Source: Mobula hypostoma
Lineage: Eukaryota
NCBI RefSeq assembly: GCF_963921235.1
Contig: NC_086111.1
Coordinates: 51,894,001 to 51,958,000 of the forward strand
Length of the DNA stretch: 64,000 bases
Direction: 5' to 3'
Shown here: piece after piece, positions 24,496 through 37,222 of the stretch
Layout: each line of letters begins with the position of its first letter
Position numbering within the stretch: position 1 is the stretch's first letter
Notes under the pieces: generated by a model
What the model was told of the DNA's origin: nothing
Seen by the model: only the letters and a program-made list of their open reading frames with translations
The model's database searches: none
Made by a program: the position numbers and the translations under genes

Positions 24496-25544
24496 TGTCT
24501 TTGGAGGGGTTGAGGATTAGAGGACAAAGGTATAAAATAGAGAAATGAAGAGAATTACAGAATCTCTTCATGTGTATAAATGCAGGGTGAAGAAAAAAAT
24601 TGCAAGGATGGGGAAGGGTTTCTTGGTAGAAGTGTGTACCCAATTGACAAACTGCCTTCCGAGCCACAGCCATTCGTGATTCCACAAGCTTGAACTACAT
24701 GGGGTGTGACGGATTTCCGTTTAATGCTGAAGTCTAAAATAATAGGTTCAGACGTGATATTACTTGGAGCTAGTGTATGTGTATAAAGTTTGCAACAAAT
24801 TGGCTATGTGCTCTTTAGAGCAAGTTTTTAAAGATGAGCTTTATTTGTCACATGTACATTAAAACAATGAAAAATGTTTGCATCATGGTATGTGATGTGC
24901 TGGGGGCAGTCTGCAAGTGTCACCACACTTCTCGTGCCAACATAACATGCCCACAACTTACCGTACATCATTGGAATATGGGAGGAGCACTCATAGGATG
25001 TCCATTTGGTCATGGGGAGAATGTACAAACTCCTTACAGACTGGCAGAAAGCTGTGATTACTGGCACTGTAAAGCAATTGTGCTCACCACTGTACTGTGC
25101 CACCTGTCTCATGTTTTCTGTTCAGATTGTAAAGCTGTGGCTGCCTTATACCAGCTTCCCATTCCCTATTCCCTTTGAATAACATCCATTCATATAGCTC
25201 TTGCTCATATAAAATTGTGTGCCTTATGTCATGTGTCAAAATCATTTGGCTTTGCCCACAGGGAGGACAAGAAGAGCATTTAGATTCACATCCAATCTGC
25301 AAATCACTTTGACGTGGAAGAAGTTTAATTTTAATTTATCTTTGCTTGTTGAAATACTTTCCAACAGCCTTGAGGGAGTAACTTAACTAGATTACCTGCA
25401 GTGGTTCAGGGAAGTTTCATCACCATCTGCTTAAGGCAATTAGGTTGAGCATTAAATCTTGCTTTTTCCATAGTATGCACATCGAATAAATTCAAGAAGC
25501 TTGTATTACAAAAAAAAAATTGCACTCTTAACAGTCATTCTACT

Positions 25545-26830
25545 GAGCACAATTTAAATATCTGGGGAACTCGGGTCAGGCAGCATCCATAGAAATAAAT
25601 AGACAATCAGCATTTTGGGCCGAGATCCTTTTTCAGGATGGGATAAGAAGGTGGAAGACACCAGAATAAAAAGGTGGAGGGAGGGCACAGAGGACGAGCT
25701 GGAAGGACTACGAAAGGAGCGTGGACTATGGGAGAAGGGGAAGGGTGGGGGGGTACCAGGGGAGGTGGTAGGTGGTGAGGAGAAGTTCAGAGATGGGAAT
25801 AGAAGAGGGGGAAGGGAAAAAATTACTGGAAGGAGAAATTGATGTTCATGCCATCAGGTTGGAGACTAACCAGATGAAATCTGTGGTGTTGGTGTTCCTC
25901 TTCCATCCTGAGCGTCGCCATCATGAGCATCGTCATCATGGCAGAAGAGGAGACCAAAGACTGGCATGTTGAGAGAATGGGGATAGGAATTTAAAATGGT
26001 TGGCCTCTGGAGAAATTCTGCTGCCCCCACCCACCCACCCACCCATCTTCCCCTTCCTTTCCAGTCCTGTAGAAGTGTCTCGGCCCAACACGTTGACTGT
26101 TTACTCTTTTCTGTAGATGCCACCTGGCCTGAGTTGCTCCAGCATTTTGTGTGTGTTACTGACAAAAGGGAATAGTATTTATTTAGCGTGGAGCACGCCC
26201 TTCTGGCCCTTTGAGCACACCATCCCAACATCCCCAATTAACTCTCAATCTAATCGTGGGACAATTTACAATGTCCAGTTAACCTACTCTGTACATCTTT
26301 GGACTGTGGAAGAAAACCAGAGCAGCCGGGAAAACCCACGCATTCCATGGGGAGGTCGTATATTTACAGGAGACAGGGTGGGAAGAAGTATTGTCAAGAT
26401 ATTCGTAGGAATTGGTAGGTTTATGAAACATGTCAGACAGTTGTCTTCAAAGATGGAGACAAAAATCAAGAAAGGGGAGGGAAGTGCCAGAAATGGACCC
26501 AGTGAATTTAAGGGTAAGATGGAAACTGGGGGCAAAGTTAATGAAATTGATGAGCTCAGCATAGGTGCATGAAGCAGCATCAGTGCAGTTGCCAGTGTAG
26601 CACAGGAAGAGTTGGGGAGCATTGGAACATGGATTGTTCTATGTAGACAATGAAAAAGGCTACAGCTGGGGCCTATGTGGGTGCCCCTTGAGTCTGGGGA
26701 GAGTGGGGGGAGCCAAAGAAAAAATTGTTGAAAATGAGGACCGGTTCTGTGAATGGGAGGGTGGTGGTGGAACAGGTTGGGTCTTGTTTTGAGAAAGAAG
26801 TGGAGAGCTTTAAGGCCTTAATGCTTGGGG
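25545..26830 (-). mobile_element. Penelope-like element remnant with an inverted terminal repeat and a SINE insert (~26170-26370)
   Basis: Minus-strand GIY-YIG end LVSLQPDGMNINFSF (~25820-25880) and RT motif GTHIGPS (~26665-26690). Terminal repeat copies at ~25555-25650 and ~26050-26160 are in opposite orientation. Confidence 0.65.
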
Positions 26831-27041
26831 GGTGGGTGGGTGGATATCATCCCTATCTCTTTTCTCAGAACCTCTTGTGTTTTAAATATCATCTACAGTC
26901 TTCTGTCGGCGACTCTTGTGCTTTGGGTGATAAAAGCAACGTGGTATAAATGTGACGAACTATTGTAATAGCCTCTCCCTTGAATATTTTCTAATTAGTG
27001 AATGCTTTGAACTATTTAATTGTTGGAATTCTCTCCTTTAG

Positions 27042-27188
<147 letters not shown>

Positions 27189-27216
27189 ACCTGTCATTAT
27201 AGTAACAAATATGGAA

Positions 27217-27222
27217 AATAAA
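27217..27222 (+). terminator. RPS23 polyadenylation signal
   Basis: AATAAA ~30 nt after the stop codon, followed by T-rich sequence. Confidence 0.8.
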
Positions 27223-28214
27223 ACATTTTAAAGTGCTTTCTGAAGTTAATTATTTTATTAAATCCTTGCTATTTGCTGTCCATAAATTTTCATCTGAATT
27301 TGGGCTTTGCCATTTGTGGGTTATATCCTTTACCTTCTTGATCAAGGCTCTCAAAATTAACAAGCGAGTGGTACAACTTCTGTGGGACCAGAACCCAACC
27401 CGTTGTGGGTAAGCAAAGATCACAATAGAAAGTCTAGTTCTAAGATACTTGAATGCTTCTTTTAAAAACTTGGCATTTGGTGATTATACTAAATTAGGTG
27501 GAGGAGCAAAGTTGTCACAGTACACGTTTACAAATCCAAGTGATGTAAATTGCTAACTTGGTAATGTGAACAAAACATTGTGATTCAATTTGAAATATTG
27601 AGTTGGTATAGAGATTCTTAAACCTTATGGCACTTTATTCTTGGCTTACAATACACAATTCTAATTGGCAAATCTTAAGATATTGCAACAAGGGTGAAAG
27701 TAACAGATTTACAAGCATGAACTAAAAGGAATAACCATCAGTTAAGGTGAGCAAACAGTGTCTTGCTCAGGACAAATTTCTGAGTGGTAACCTTAAAGAT
27801 TATGAAGGCAGTCATGGGGGGGGGGGGCAATATTTCCTGTTGCAAGGAACCCAAATCCAAAATAGAGGGGCAATGAAATCAGTAGAAGATTGGTTATGCA
27901 GCATAGCAAAAGGCTCTGGCCTACTATGTCCACCATCATGTATCCATCTATATCAATCCATTTATAGCAGTTCTGTAATCTCTCTTGGTATTCAAATATT
28001 CATCTGGAGAAAGTCTCCCTTCGCCATCCTGATAAGCGGTATGTTCCAGATTCCAATGAGCTTTGGGTGAAAATGTTGCACCACCAATCCTTTCTGAACA
28101 TCATCTGCTTTGTTCTCCAGTATTGGACACTTGTGCTGTGGGAGAGGGGGAATGTTCCCTATTCCTTATTTATAGTTCTCATAAGATGCCCAGGAAAACA
28201 ATCCAGTCTGCTCA

Positions 28215-29590
28215 TAACTGATGGGTGGTGGAGAGAGCAGCTTTAAATTTCTGGATGTCACATCAGTTGACCTGTCCTGGGCCCAGCACATAGATACAAC
28301 TACAGTGAAGGTGCACCACCATCATAGGAAGTTACGGAGATTTGGCTTGTCACTGACTTAACAAATTTAATATGAATTGCAGTTTAAAGTATCCTATCTG
28401 GGTGTGTTGTATTCTGGTCTGGCAATTTGAATGTGTAGGAACATAAGCTAGAGAGTAGTAGATTCTGCCCAATAAATGATGGGTACTTCACTCCCCAGTA
28501 TTGCTAGTATCTACAGGAGACACTGCCCCAAGGTAACATCCATGGAAGTTCTCTGTCCTCTGCACCATGCCATCTTCTGAGTTACCATCGGACAGGAGGT
28601 ATAGAAGACAAGTCCCACAGCACCAGGTTCAAGAACAGCTACTTCAACTAGTTAGCCGTTGAATCAACTAGAGCAACACCAATCACTACAGTAATGCAAT
28701 ACCATGGTCATTTTGCAATAAAATGGGCTTTTATTCCCCCTCAAATTGTTTTCTCTTGTAAATAATGCCATATTTTTAGTGCCTGTGGTGCAGCTGCAAG
28801 TTCTTTTAATTGCATGTGTATATTCATGTACTTGCTGCATATGGCCTTAAATTTGACTTTGCAATGCTCCATTTCAGGTAATATTGTGTTGATTCTCTGT
28901 ATCCTCTACAATATAATTGCAGCCTTCCTGTTGTCACCAGAGCTACACACAGTATTCCATTTGTGGCTTAACCAATGGTTTATATAATTGTGCTAAAATT
29001 TCTCTGCCTTTGGCTAATGAAGCTGCCTTCACCATCTGGCTTTTCTGCTGTCACCTCTATAGATCGTGGGACTCGTACACCAAAATCAAGTTGGTTGCCA
29101 TTACTATATATTCAAGTATATCTATGTGCAGGTGCAATTAAAACTTACTGCAGCAGTGTTACAGGCATATAGCACCATATAATCATCATTAACAAAATGT
29201 AGTGTAAACATAAATTTAAACAAAAATTCACAATTGGGACAGAAAAGTCCCATTTTTGTGTGAAGTGGTCCAAGTGTTGCTAAAACGGTAGTGATTAGGG
29301 TTTTACCAGTTGGTGCAAGAACTGAGTGGTTAGAGGGAAGTAGCAGTCTTGAACCTGGTGGTGTGGGATTCAAAGCTTCAGTACCTCCTTCCTGCCCGAT
29401 GGTGGGGATCTTTAATGATTGGTGACCACCTTGAGGCATACTACAAATGATGGGGAGTGATGTGCCCAGGATGTACTGGGCAAAGTCCACTACTTGGCAG
29501 CTTCTTGCATTCTTGGGAATTTAAATGACTGTACTAGACCATGAAGCAACCAGTCAGGATATTTTCAACAGTGCTTCTGGAGAAGGTAGA
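28215..29590. mobile_element. Rex1/Babar-type LINE fragments (plus ~28215-28860; minus ~29110-29590)
   Basis: FKFLDV..LSWAQH, RRFGLS and RFKNSYF motifs, plus the reverse-strand equivalent AQYILGTSLP. Confidence 0.65.
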
Positions 29591-29599
29591 GTGATCGGC

Positions 29600-30720
29600 G
29601 ATGAGTCTAACTGGTGGCACACTTTCCTTAGGATTTCTACCCAACTCCCTACATTCTCTCTTCAGGATCCCATTCCTTTTCCTTTCTATGTTGTTGGTAC
29701 CATTATGTACCACAGCTTCTGTCTTCTTCCCCCTCCACCTTTAGAATATGGTGAACCTGATGAGACATGCCTGACCCTGGCACCTGGGAGGTACATCCAC
29801 AGAACTTGCTGTCTGCTCCTCTAACTATGGAGTCCCCTATCACTGTTGCATTCCTCCTCTTCCTCCTTCCCTTCTGATATACAGAGCCAGACACCCAGTT
29901 GCTGCAGCTTCCCCACTGGTAGTTCATCCCCCTAAAGGTATCCAAAGTGATATACTTATTGTTGTGAGGAATGGCCACAGAGGTACTCTTCACTGGCCGC
30001 CTATTCCCTGTCCCTCTCCTGGCAGTCGCCTACCTCAAGCCTGTAGCTCCTATCTATCACCTCCTCATCGATCTGGAATGACCAGTATGCTCAAAAATCT
30101 TGTGCTGTGCTATTTTTTGCCCAGTGACAGCAATACGTGCGTGCTGAATAATTGCTTCAATAAAAACTGTATAGGTAAGCCAGTTCTAAAATCTGCGGAC
30201 AAATCATCCTAAATTCCACATTGTCAACATCATCTGCATCAGAAACCAGAAAAGGATATACTTAACCTGCTAATGAGGTACAGGGTGACAACCTTTTGTG
30301 TGCAGTTTGAATTCCTTTGAGCACTAGTAGCAAAAGACGTGTATGTCTGTGCACCTTCGAGAGGATATTGTTCCTCATTCTCCCATATAACCTAAAGGTC
30401 ATCGTGCTGCAACTCTAGTTCCTTAACAAACTGTCTTAAGGAGCTGCAGCTCATTGCACTTTGTGCAGATAATACACTTTGTAGTTATCAGGGAGACTGG
30501 AAGTCTCCCAGAGTTTGTACATCTCACACAAAGAACATACCACTAACTCTGGACTCATTCTCACTACACTAGCTATGTACCAATAAACAAACAAAGGCAA
30601 AAGAACTAACTTAGAACCTTTGCTTTTTCTCACCAAATCTTCTTAAGCCAAAGCCTGATCACTCTAACACTGGCCCACACAAACAGTGGCTGCTCTGCTT
30701 AAACTTGAGTCTTTTTATTG
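29600..30720 (-). mobile_element. Decayed CR1 ORF1 (SGNH esterase/zinc finger) fragments
   Basis: RNATVIGDSIVRGADSKFCG and VVCSLCEM..WETSSLPDNY. Confidence 0.7.
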
Positions 30721-30895
30721 GACTTTATCATTATTATTATTTGTTTTCTTTGTATTTGCACAGTTTGTCTTCTTTTGTACATTGGTTGCTTGTCAGCCTT
30801 TGTGTGTAGCTTTTCATTGATTCTATTTTATTTCTTTGTTCTATTGTGAATGACTGCAAGTAAATGAATCTCAGGTGAGTATTTGGTGACATATA

Positions 30896-31292
30896 CAATA
30901 CTGTGCAAAAGTCTTAGGCACCCTAGACTTTTAGATGGTTTCAGATGGTTTGGCTTCCACAGAACCCCAATCTCAACGACATCGAGACTGTCTGGATTAC
31001 CTGGAGAGGCAGAAGCAAGTGAGACAGACAGTGGCAAGTTCTTCAAGATGCATGGAACAATCTACCAACTGACTTTCTTATAAAACCGCACAACAGAGTA
31101 CCTAAGAGAATTGATGCAATTTCAAAGACAAAGGGTGGTCGCAGCAAAGATTGATTTGATTTAGTTTTTACTATTTACTACTCTTTATATTAATTTTGTT
31201 TTTGATATTTAGATACTTTTCATTTCATTATTTTGAAAGCATCTTCACTTTACCGAATCTGTTACTTGCCCTGAAACTTTTGCACAGTACTA
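30896..31292 (+). mobile_element. Non-autonomous Tc1-like DNA transposon inserted in a Rex-type 3' tail
   Basis: TA+CAATACTGTGCAAAAGTCTTAGGCA ... TGCCCTGAAACTTTTGCACAGTACTA TIRs. Internal WLPQNPNLNDIETVW resembles the Tc1 motif WPPQSPDLNPIENVW. Confidence 0.8.
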
Positions 31293-32329
31293 CATGTACT
31301 TTGATTTTAAAAAGTACTTCAAATTTTGACTTTTGAAAATTGAAATTAACTCTCCACTCTCCCTTCATGCCACAAGTTAATCATTCACCTTTCTTTCATT
31401 CCCGTTGCTGAGGAGGAAGATGTTCTTATTCTTATGAGAATCAAATCTAGAGATGGCTTCTTCATCCTAATGGCACTTTGTAACAACATGTTGGATAGCC
31501 AGGATGAGTTTCAATATAAGAATCTCGAGACATGCTTGATGGGGTTACATATCCCTCGTCATCCAGGAACTAGCTTGAAGTTTAAGACCAGTTGCAATGA
31601 ATGCAAGATGGTGGAGGGGGTCTGTTTCAGGATGAAACGATTATGATTATTCCTAGGCTGTTAGGCTGAGATGTGTAGGATATGTTGCCTGTGATCACAG
31701 AGCAGTTCTATCTTTCAAGATTGATAAAGATGGCTGACCGTTGATAGATGATATCTAAGACAATGCAAGTTCAGCCTACAGCACACATTGTGGAATTGTA
31801 TCACATGCACAATACATTATGCACTCTCATGTTGCTTCACTTCATAGGACGGGAGATAAAAGTGTTCTTCCTAATGAACCACAAATTGTTCTTCCTGAAG
31901 AACCAGAAATTGTTAGATGCTGCTGGCTTAGCTTGCGAAGAAACTATGACAAAAACCTTGAAGCACACAGTCATCATAGTGGTGCTATGCGTTTGCGGCT
32001 GCAAACTGGTGTTAAAGCCTTGCCAAAAACATTCATCATCAGTAATATCCTCAGAGACGGAAGAGTACCTAGCAAGAGAAGTAGAGCTCCAATGCTTTCT
32101 ACAAATTTGCTGATAACACCACTGTTGTTTGGTAGAATCATGGATGGTGACAAGGAGACATCCAGGAAACAGATAAGTGGTGTCATACTAATAACCTCAC
32201 ACTCAATGTCAATGGCAGCACATTCCAAACCTGTATGTACTAGTAGGTTAATTGGTCACGAGTGTAATTGGGCAGTACAGGCTTGTGAGGCCAGAAGGAC
32301 CCGTTATCATGCTGTATTTCTAAATACAA

Positions 32330-33020
32330 ATGACTGAACTGTGAACAGGAAGTCAGGTGAATTAGCACCAATCCTCACTGAGGGGTCTGTGGTGGAAGAA
32401 TGAAAATTTCAAGTTTCTGGGTGTCGATCTATTGGAAGATTTATCCTAGACCCGGCACATAGTTGCACCCATGAAGAAAGCACACCAACATACCTAATTC
32501 CCTCAAAGTTATTAAAACTCTGTGACCAACTTCCAATGATGTACAGCGGAAAGCAATCAGACTGGGATGGGAACTCCAAACCGCAGGAATGCAGGAGGCT
32601 ACAGAGAGTGGCCAGTTCCTCATGTTTGAGCCTCCCAACGTCAAGGATATTTAGAAGATGCCATGCCTCATGAGGGCAAAATCCATTATTAAGACCCCCC
32701 CCCCCACTACCAACCATGCCTTTTGTCATTGCTGCCATCAAGCAGGAAGTACAGGAGTCTGAAGATCCACAGCTCAAGGTTCAGGAAGTTTCTTCTTCAA
32801 TGCTAACGGGTTCTGAACCAACCGCAAAAAAAATCCTAATACTGCCTTGAACTAGACTGTATTTCCCTCAAGTTGCACTAATATTCTTATGTAATTCCTT
32901 GTTTATTCTGTCATGTAAATTATGTACAATTTATGTTTGTAATGTACCTTATTGCTGCAGCAAAAACTGATTTTCATGGCATTCCTACCCTGGCTATGTG
33001 TGACCACGGCAATAATCGTG
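32330..33020 (+). mobile_element. Rex1/Babar-type LINE 3' fragment
   Basis: FKFLGV and LLPSSRKYRSLKIHSSRFR motifs plus 3'UTR. Confidence 0.6.
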
Positions 33021-33479
33021 AACAGCATGAACTTACTGTTCATGTACTGTTTATGTTTGTGAAACGCTTCATGAGTTCCCACTTCGGATCGAGTCTCAGG
33101 CAGCTCCATTCCCTGGTCTTTATCTGCAGCTCTTGCATTTTTTTTCTCTGTTCAAATACAATCCAACTTCATTTTTGGACTTCAGGTTGAATCCAGTTCC
33201 GCCGTTCTTTCGGAAGGGAGGCGGGAGCACTGCCGCCTATATACCCTTTTGCAAGTCCCCTCCGTGCCGCGGTGTTTATATTCTAGATCTCTTTCTCTCT
33301 TCTCCCAGTCCAATGACTGTGAGTGTTACTGTTCAAATCCTCACCACCAACTTTTCCAAGAACAATCAGGGATGGGCAGTAAACCCTGGCCTGGCCAGCG
33401 ATGTCCAGATCCTGAAATATTAAGAAATACAAATTGAATAGGGAGAGAAGAGGATGTTAAAGCGAGCAATACAGACGTA

Positions 33480-34050
33480 ATGGATTCTGAAGGCTTTTCA
33501 GCCCGTGGGTGTCATTGCCGCGGTTTATAAATGCAAGTTTGTTGTTGCATCAAAAATCTGATTGAGCAAAGTTGCTTTAAAAGCTTAACTTTGCAGACGT
33601 CTGCAGCAGAATCGAAAACATGTTTATATTGACGTGAATGGGACACGCCAGGTAGGAAGAACCGCATCTCACACTGGTCGCGATTCTCGCGGTCGCTCCG
33701 ACTCCCGAATGAAACACGAGTTGGGCTCGTGCTTCCACGCTGCAGCGCTGCCTGGCAACCTCCGATTCGCCATCACTATGGTGACCGACTTGTTTGCGAA
33801 CACCAGAAAGTAGCGGGCTTCCCTGGGGAGTGGACCGAGGTAAGACACGCGGGCCGGCCAGGTAGGTCACCCCGGGCACGTGTGTTTGTATAGCTGGCTT
33901 CTAAGGCTGTATGCTGGAGGAAACCCGGGACAAGTCGCCTGTAACACAGGCGAACGAGCCGGCTCAGGGGGAGGCCGAGCGAGCACTGATCGGTTCTCTC
34001 TCGGACCCCGTCAGGGGCGCCGCTCTGGGACTCAATTCTCACCAGTACCA
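33480..34050 (+). promoter_or_regulatory. CpG-rich DNAH12 promoter with RFX X-box and probable non-coding exon 1 (donor at 33840)
   Basis: Local CpG island; GCTGCCTGGCAAC at 33747-33759; forkhead-like TGTTTGC at ~33791; GAG|gtaaga donor. Lies 1.4 kb upstream of the first coding exon. Confidence 0.65.
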
Positions 34051-35215
34051 CAACACGTCTCAAAAAGGGCAAAAGAGATTTTAAAGGGGCAAAAACTAAT
34101 GATAGCCACGAGCTTATAAAGTTTAAATCTTACTCGAGTAATGAAAATGTTAATAAGCTTAAGAAAAGGAATTCTGATGTGATACATCATACGTCAACTG
34201 AAAAAAATCTTTTGAGTATCAAAAGTAGTGTGTGAATGTGATTAACCAGGAATGACAGGATTTTACTCAGTTAGACAATGTATGCAGTAATGTCACAGTA
34301 ATCCAACGATATCCTCTAAAACAAGTGCAATTATCGTTCAAAGTTACTAACGTTCTATTATCGCTACAATGCAATTGACTCGTGACTTACATTCTTATTT
34401 CACTCTAATAATGTAAAATGTTAGAAATAGACAACAAATTAAATTCCAGTTAAGTGGAGAGACATGGTGAGAGTCAGAGGATAGGAGGGGAGAGTGTGAG
34501 ATGGAGAGGCATCTTGCACGTTTCATTTGGTGAGCACCTGAAAGGCTACATTATCATTGAAAATGATTTTCAGACTGCTGTATGTCGTTTTTGGGTATTT
34601 TGACCGAAATTCGTGAACTTTGGACCTAAGGCCCTTAATGAAACATTTCCCTATATTTCGAAACTTCCATAAATTGAGGGATACTTATGAATGAATAGTT
34701 TCAAATTGCTTTGATCATAAATTTTGGTGACAAAATTAAAAACAAAATTAACATTCCAGCTTTACATCTATGCTTTGCTTTGGATCATTGTGTACACATG
34801 ACAAAACTGTGGAAGAATATCGGCAACTTCAGAAGAGACAGCTTAGAAGAGTGGACAGATCTTAAAGAGTGCATCTTCAAGGCAGATACTGTAAAATAAA
34901 GTTACAGAATGGAGGATGGATCAAGAGATTGATAACACAGAGGGGTTTAGCAGCATAGCCTTTTAAAAAAAAGTTATAATTTGTTTTAGAGACATAAAAT
35001 ATCCTTTTCCACTTTATGACAAGTTACATGAAGGGAAGGGAGTATTGATAGATGAGAAGGAACTTTAGGCCAAATCTTCTGCATTTGCACTGTATATTGC
35101 ATATAATTATTTGTAATTAATTTCACTTTTGTTCTTTATGTTTTACCATCAGAAAAATTATTAAATGATCTTTAGGAATAATTTTTTCATTAATTTTCTT
35201 TCTTTACTAACTTAG

Positions 35216-35388
35216 ATGAAGACCTCAAAGAAATTTAGAAATTCCTGTGCACCCCAGCCTGATATTAGAATTCGACTGCCTCCTATATACCCTATGTCTG
35301 AGTCAATAGTGAATAATGAACTCTCTCCAAGCAAACTCATGAGTTATAGTTCCCACAAGTACCACCAACAGTTACTTGGTAAAATCAT
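35216..35388 (+). CDS. DNAH12: Dynein axonemal heavy chain 12, first coding exon
   Basis: ttag|ATG; MKTSKKFRNSCAPQPDIRIRLPPIYPMSESIVNNELSPSKLMSYSSHKYHQQLLGKI|gtaagt, similar to human DNAH12 LNLKLPPIVHLPENI...SKLLKY...QQ. Confidence 0.8.
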
Positions 35389-35824
35389 GTAAGTAGAATG
35401 TTTCAAAGTGTCACATTTATTAAAGAAGGGTTTCTTTCATGAACAAATTATATTCAATCACAGCAACTGTAAACTTTTGCTCAGTAATGCAATTGGGATG
35501 CATGGATACAATTGTGATCACAGGTTGATAGTGATGCAGTGAAACTGTAGTGAGTACCTCCACTTAATGTAGCTCATTTGCATTTCCTTTCCATGAATTC
35601 ATAATTTCACCTTAATCATATGAAGCTAAAAGATGGAAGATCACTTAAATGAAACTCTAAGATAAGTTCATTTCTGAAAAAGGTGTGGTTTAGGCTGACT
35701 GCAAAAAATTTGATTGCAAATACATGCAGTAGATTACATGAAAGTGTCATTCATATTTGTAGGAAGTGGCTATATATGTCAGTGCTGACTGGAAGCAGCA
35801 GATTTGCAATTTGAAAAGAGGTTT

Positions 35825-37222
35825 GGTTCAATAGTTTGAGCAACAGACAGGAGATTCTATGGACGTGAATGACATCTGGATGGTATGTTACCTCCCGGGT
35901 GGCAGGGTCAAGGATGTCTTAGATTGTGTCCACAACATTTTGGAGGGGGAGAGACAGCAGTAGATGTTTTGATACATATTGGTACCAATGACATAGAAAG
36001 GAAAAGCAAAGGGGTCCTGAAGAGAGAATTTAGATAGCTGGGCAGAAAGCTGAGAAGCAGGACCTCCAGGGAGGTAATTTCTGGATTGCTGCCTCTGCCA
36101 TGCACCAGTGAGGGTAGAAACAGGATGACTTGGCAGATTAATGTGTGGTTGAGAGGTTGGTGCAGGGAGCAGGGCTTCAGGTTGTTGGATCATTGGGATC
36201 TCTTCTGGGGGAGGTATGACCTGTACAAAAGTGACAGGTTGCACCTGAACCTGAGGAGGACCAATATTCTCACAGGTAGGTTTGTTAGAGCTGTTGGGGA
36301 GGGCTTAAATTAAATTGGCGGGTAGGGTGGGGTGGGTAGGAACCGGAGTGAAGGGTAGGACAGATGATAAAAAAGCAAAGTTAGCATGTAGTCAGACTGT
36401 CAGGTAGGGCAGGTAGCTGATAGGACAAAGTTGCAGCCAGCAGGATGAGTATCAGTGCATTAGGGATGCAGAATCAAAAAGAGTAGCAAATATAGTACAC
36501 CAAGTGTTATATCTCAATGCATGGAGCATAAGAAATAAGGTGGATGAGCTTGTTGCAATATTACAGATTGCCAGGTATGATGTTGTGGCCATCTCTGAAT
36601 TCTTGCTGAAGGATGGTTGTAGTTGGGATATGAATGTCCAAGTTTGGGTCGGAGGAATAGAAAGGTAGGCAGAGGGGGTGGCGTGGCTCTGCTGGTAATG
36701 AATGGCATCAAATCAGTAGAAAGGTGTGATATAGGACCGGAAGATGTTGAATCCTTGTGGGTTGAGTTAAGAAACTGCAAGTGTAAAAGAACCCTGATGG
36801 CAGTTATATACTGTACAGGCCTCCCAACAGTAGCTGGGACATAGACCACAGATTACAATGGGAAATAGAAAAGTCGTATCAAAAGAGCAATGTTATGATA
36901 GTCATGAGAGATTTTAACACGCAGGTTGATTGGGAAAATCAGGTTGGTAATGGATCTCAAGAAAGTGAGTTTGTTGAATGCCTACGAGATGGATTTTTTT
37001 TAGAGCAGTTTGTTGTTGAGCCTACTAGGGTATCAGCTGTCCTGGATTGGGTGTTACGTAATGAACTAGAGTTGATTAGGGAGCTTAAGGTAAAAGAACC
37101 CTGAGGAGACAGTGATCATAATATGATTGAGCTCAAGTTGAAACTTGATAGGGAGAAATTAAAGTCTGATGTAGCAGTATTTCAGTGGAGTAAAGGAAAT
37201 TACAGTGGTATGAGAGAGGAGC
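35825..37222 (+). mobile_element. CR1 LINE copy A, 5' part (ORF1 esterase + APE endonuclease)
   Basis: HIGTND, LDHWDLFWGRYDLYK.D.LHLN, LYLNA.SIRNK, GGGVALLV. Ends at ...SGMREE and resumes at 46171. Confidence 0.85.

Noticed and set aside
31748-32337. 172-aa and 121-aa ORFs between RPS23 and DNAH12 (possible ATG10 remnant?)
   Set aside because: No recognisable motif or ATG10 similarity, and no convincing exon structure; probably old repeat sequence.
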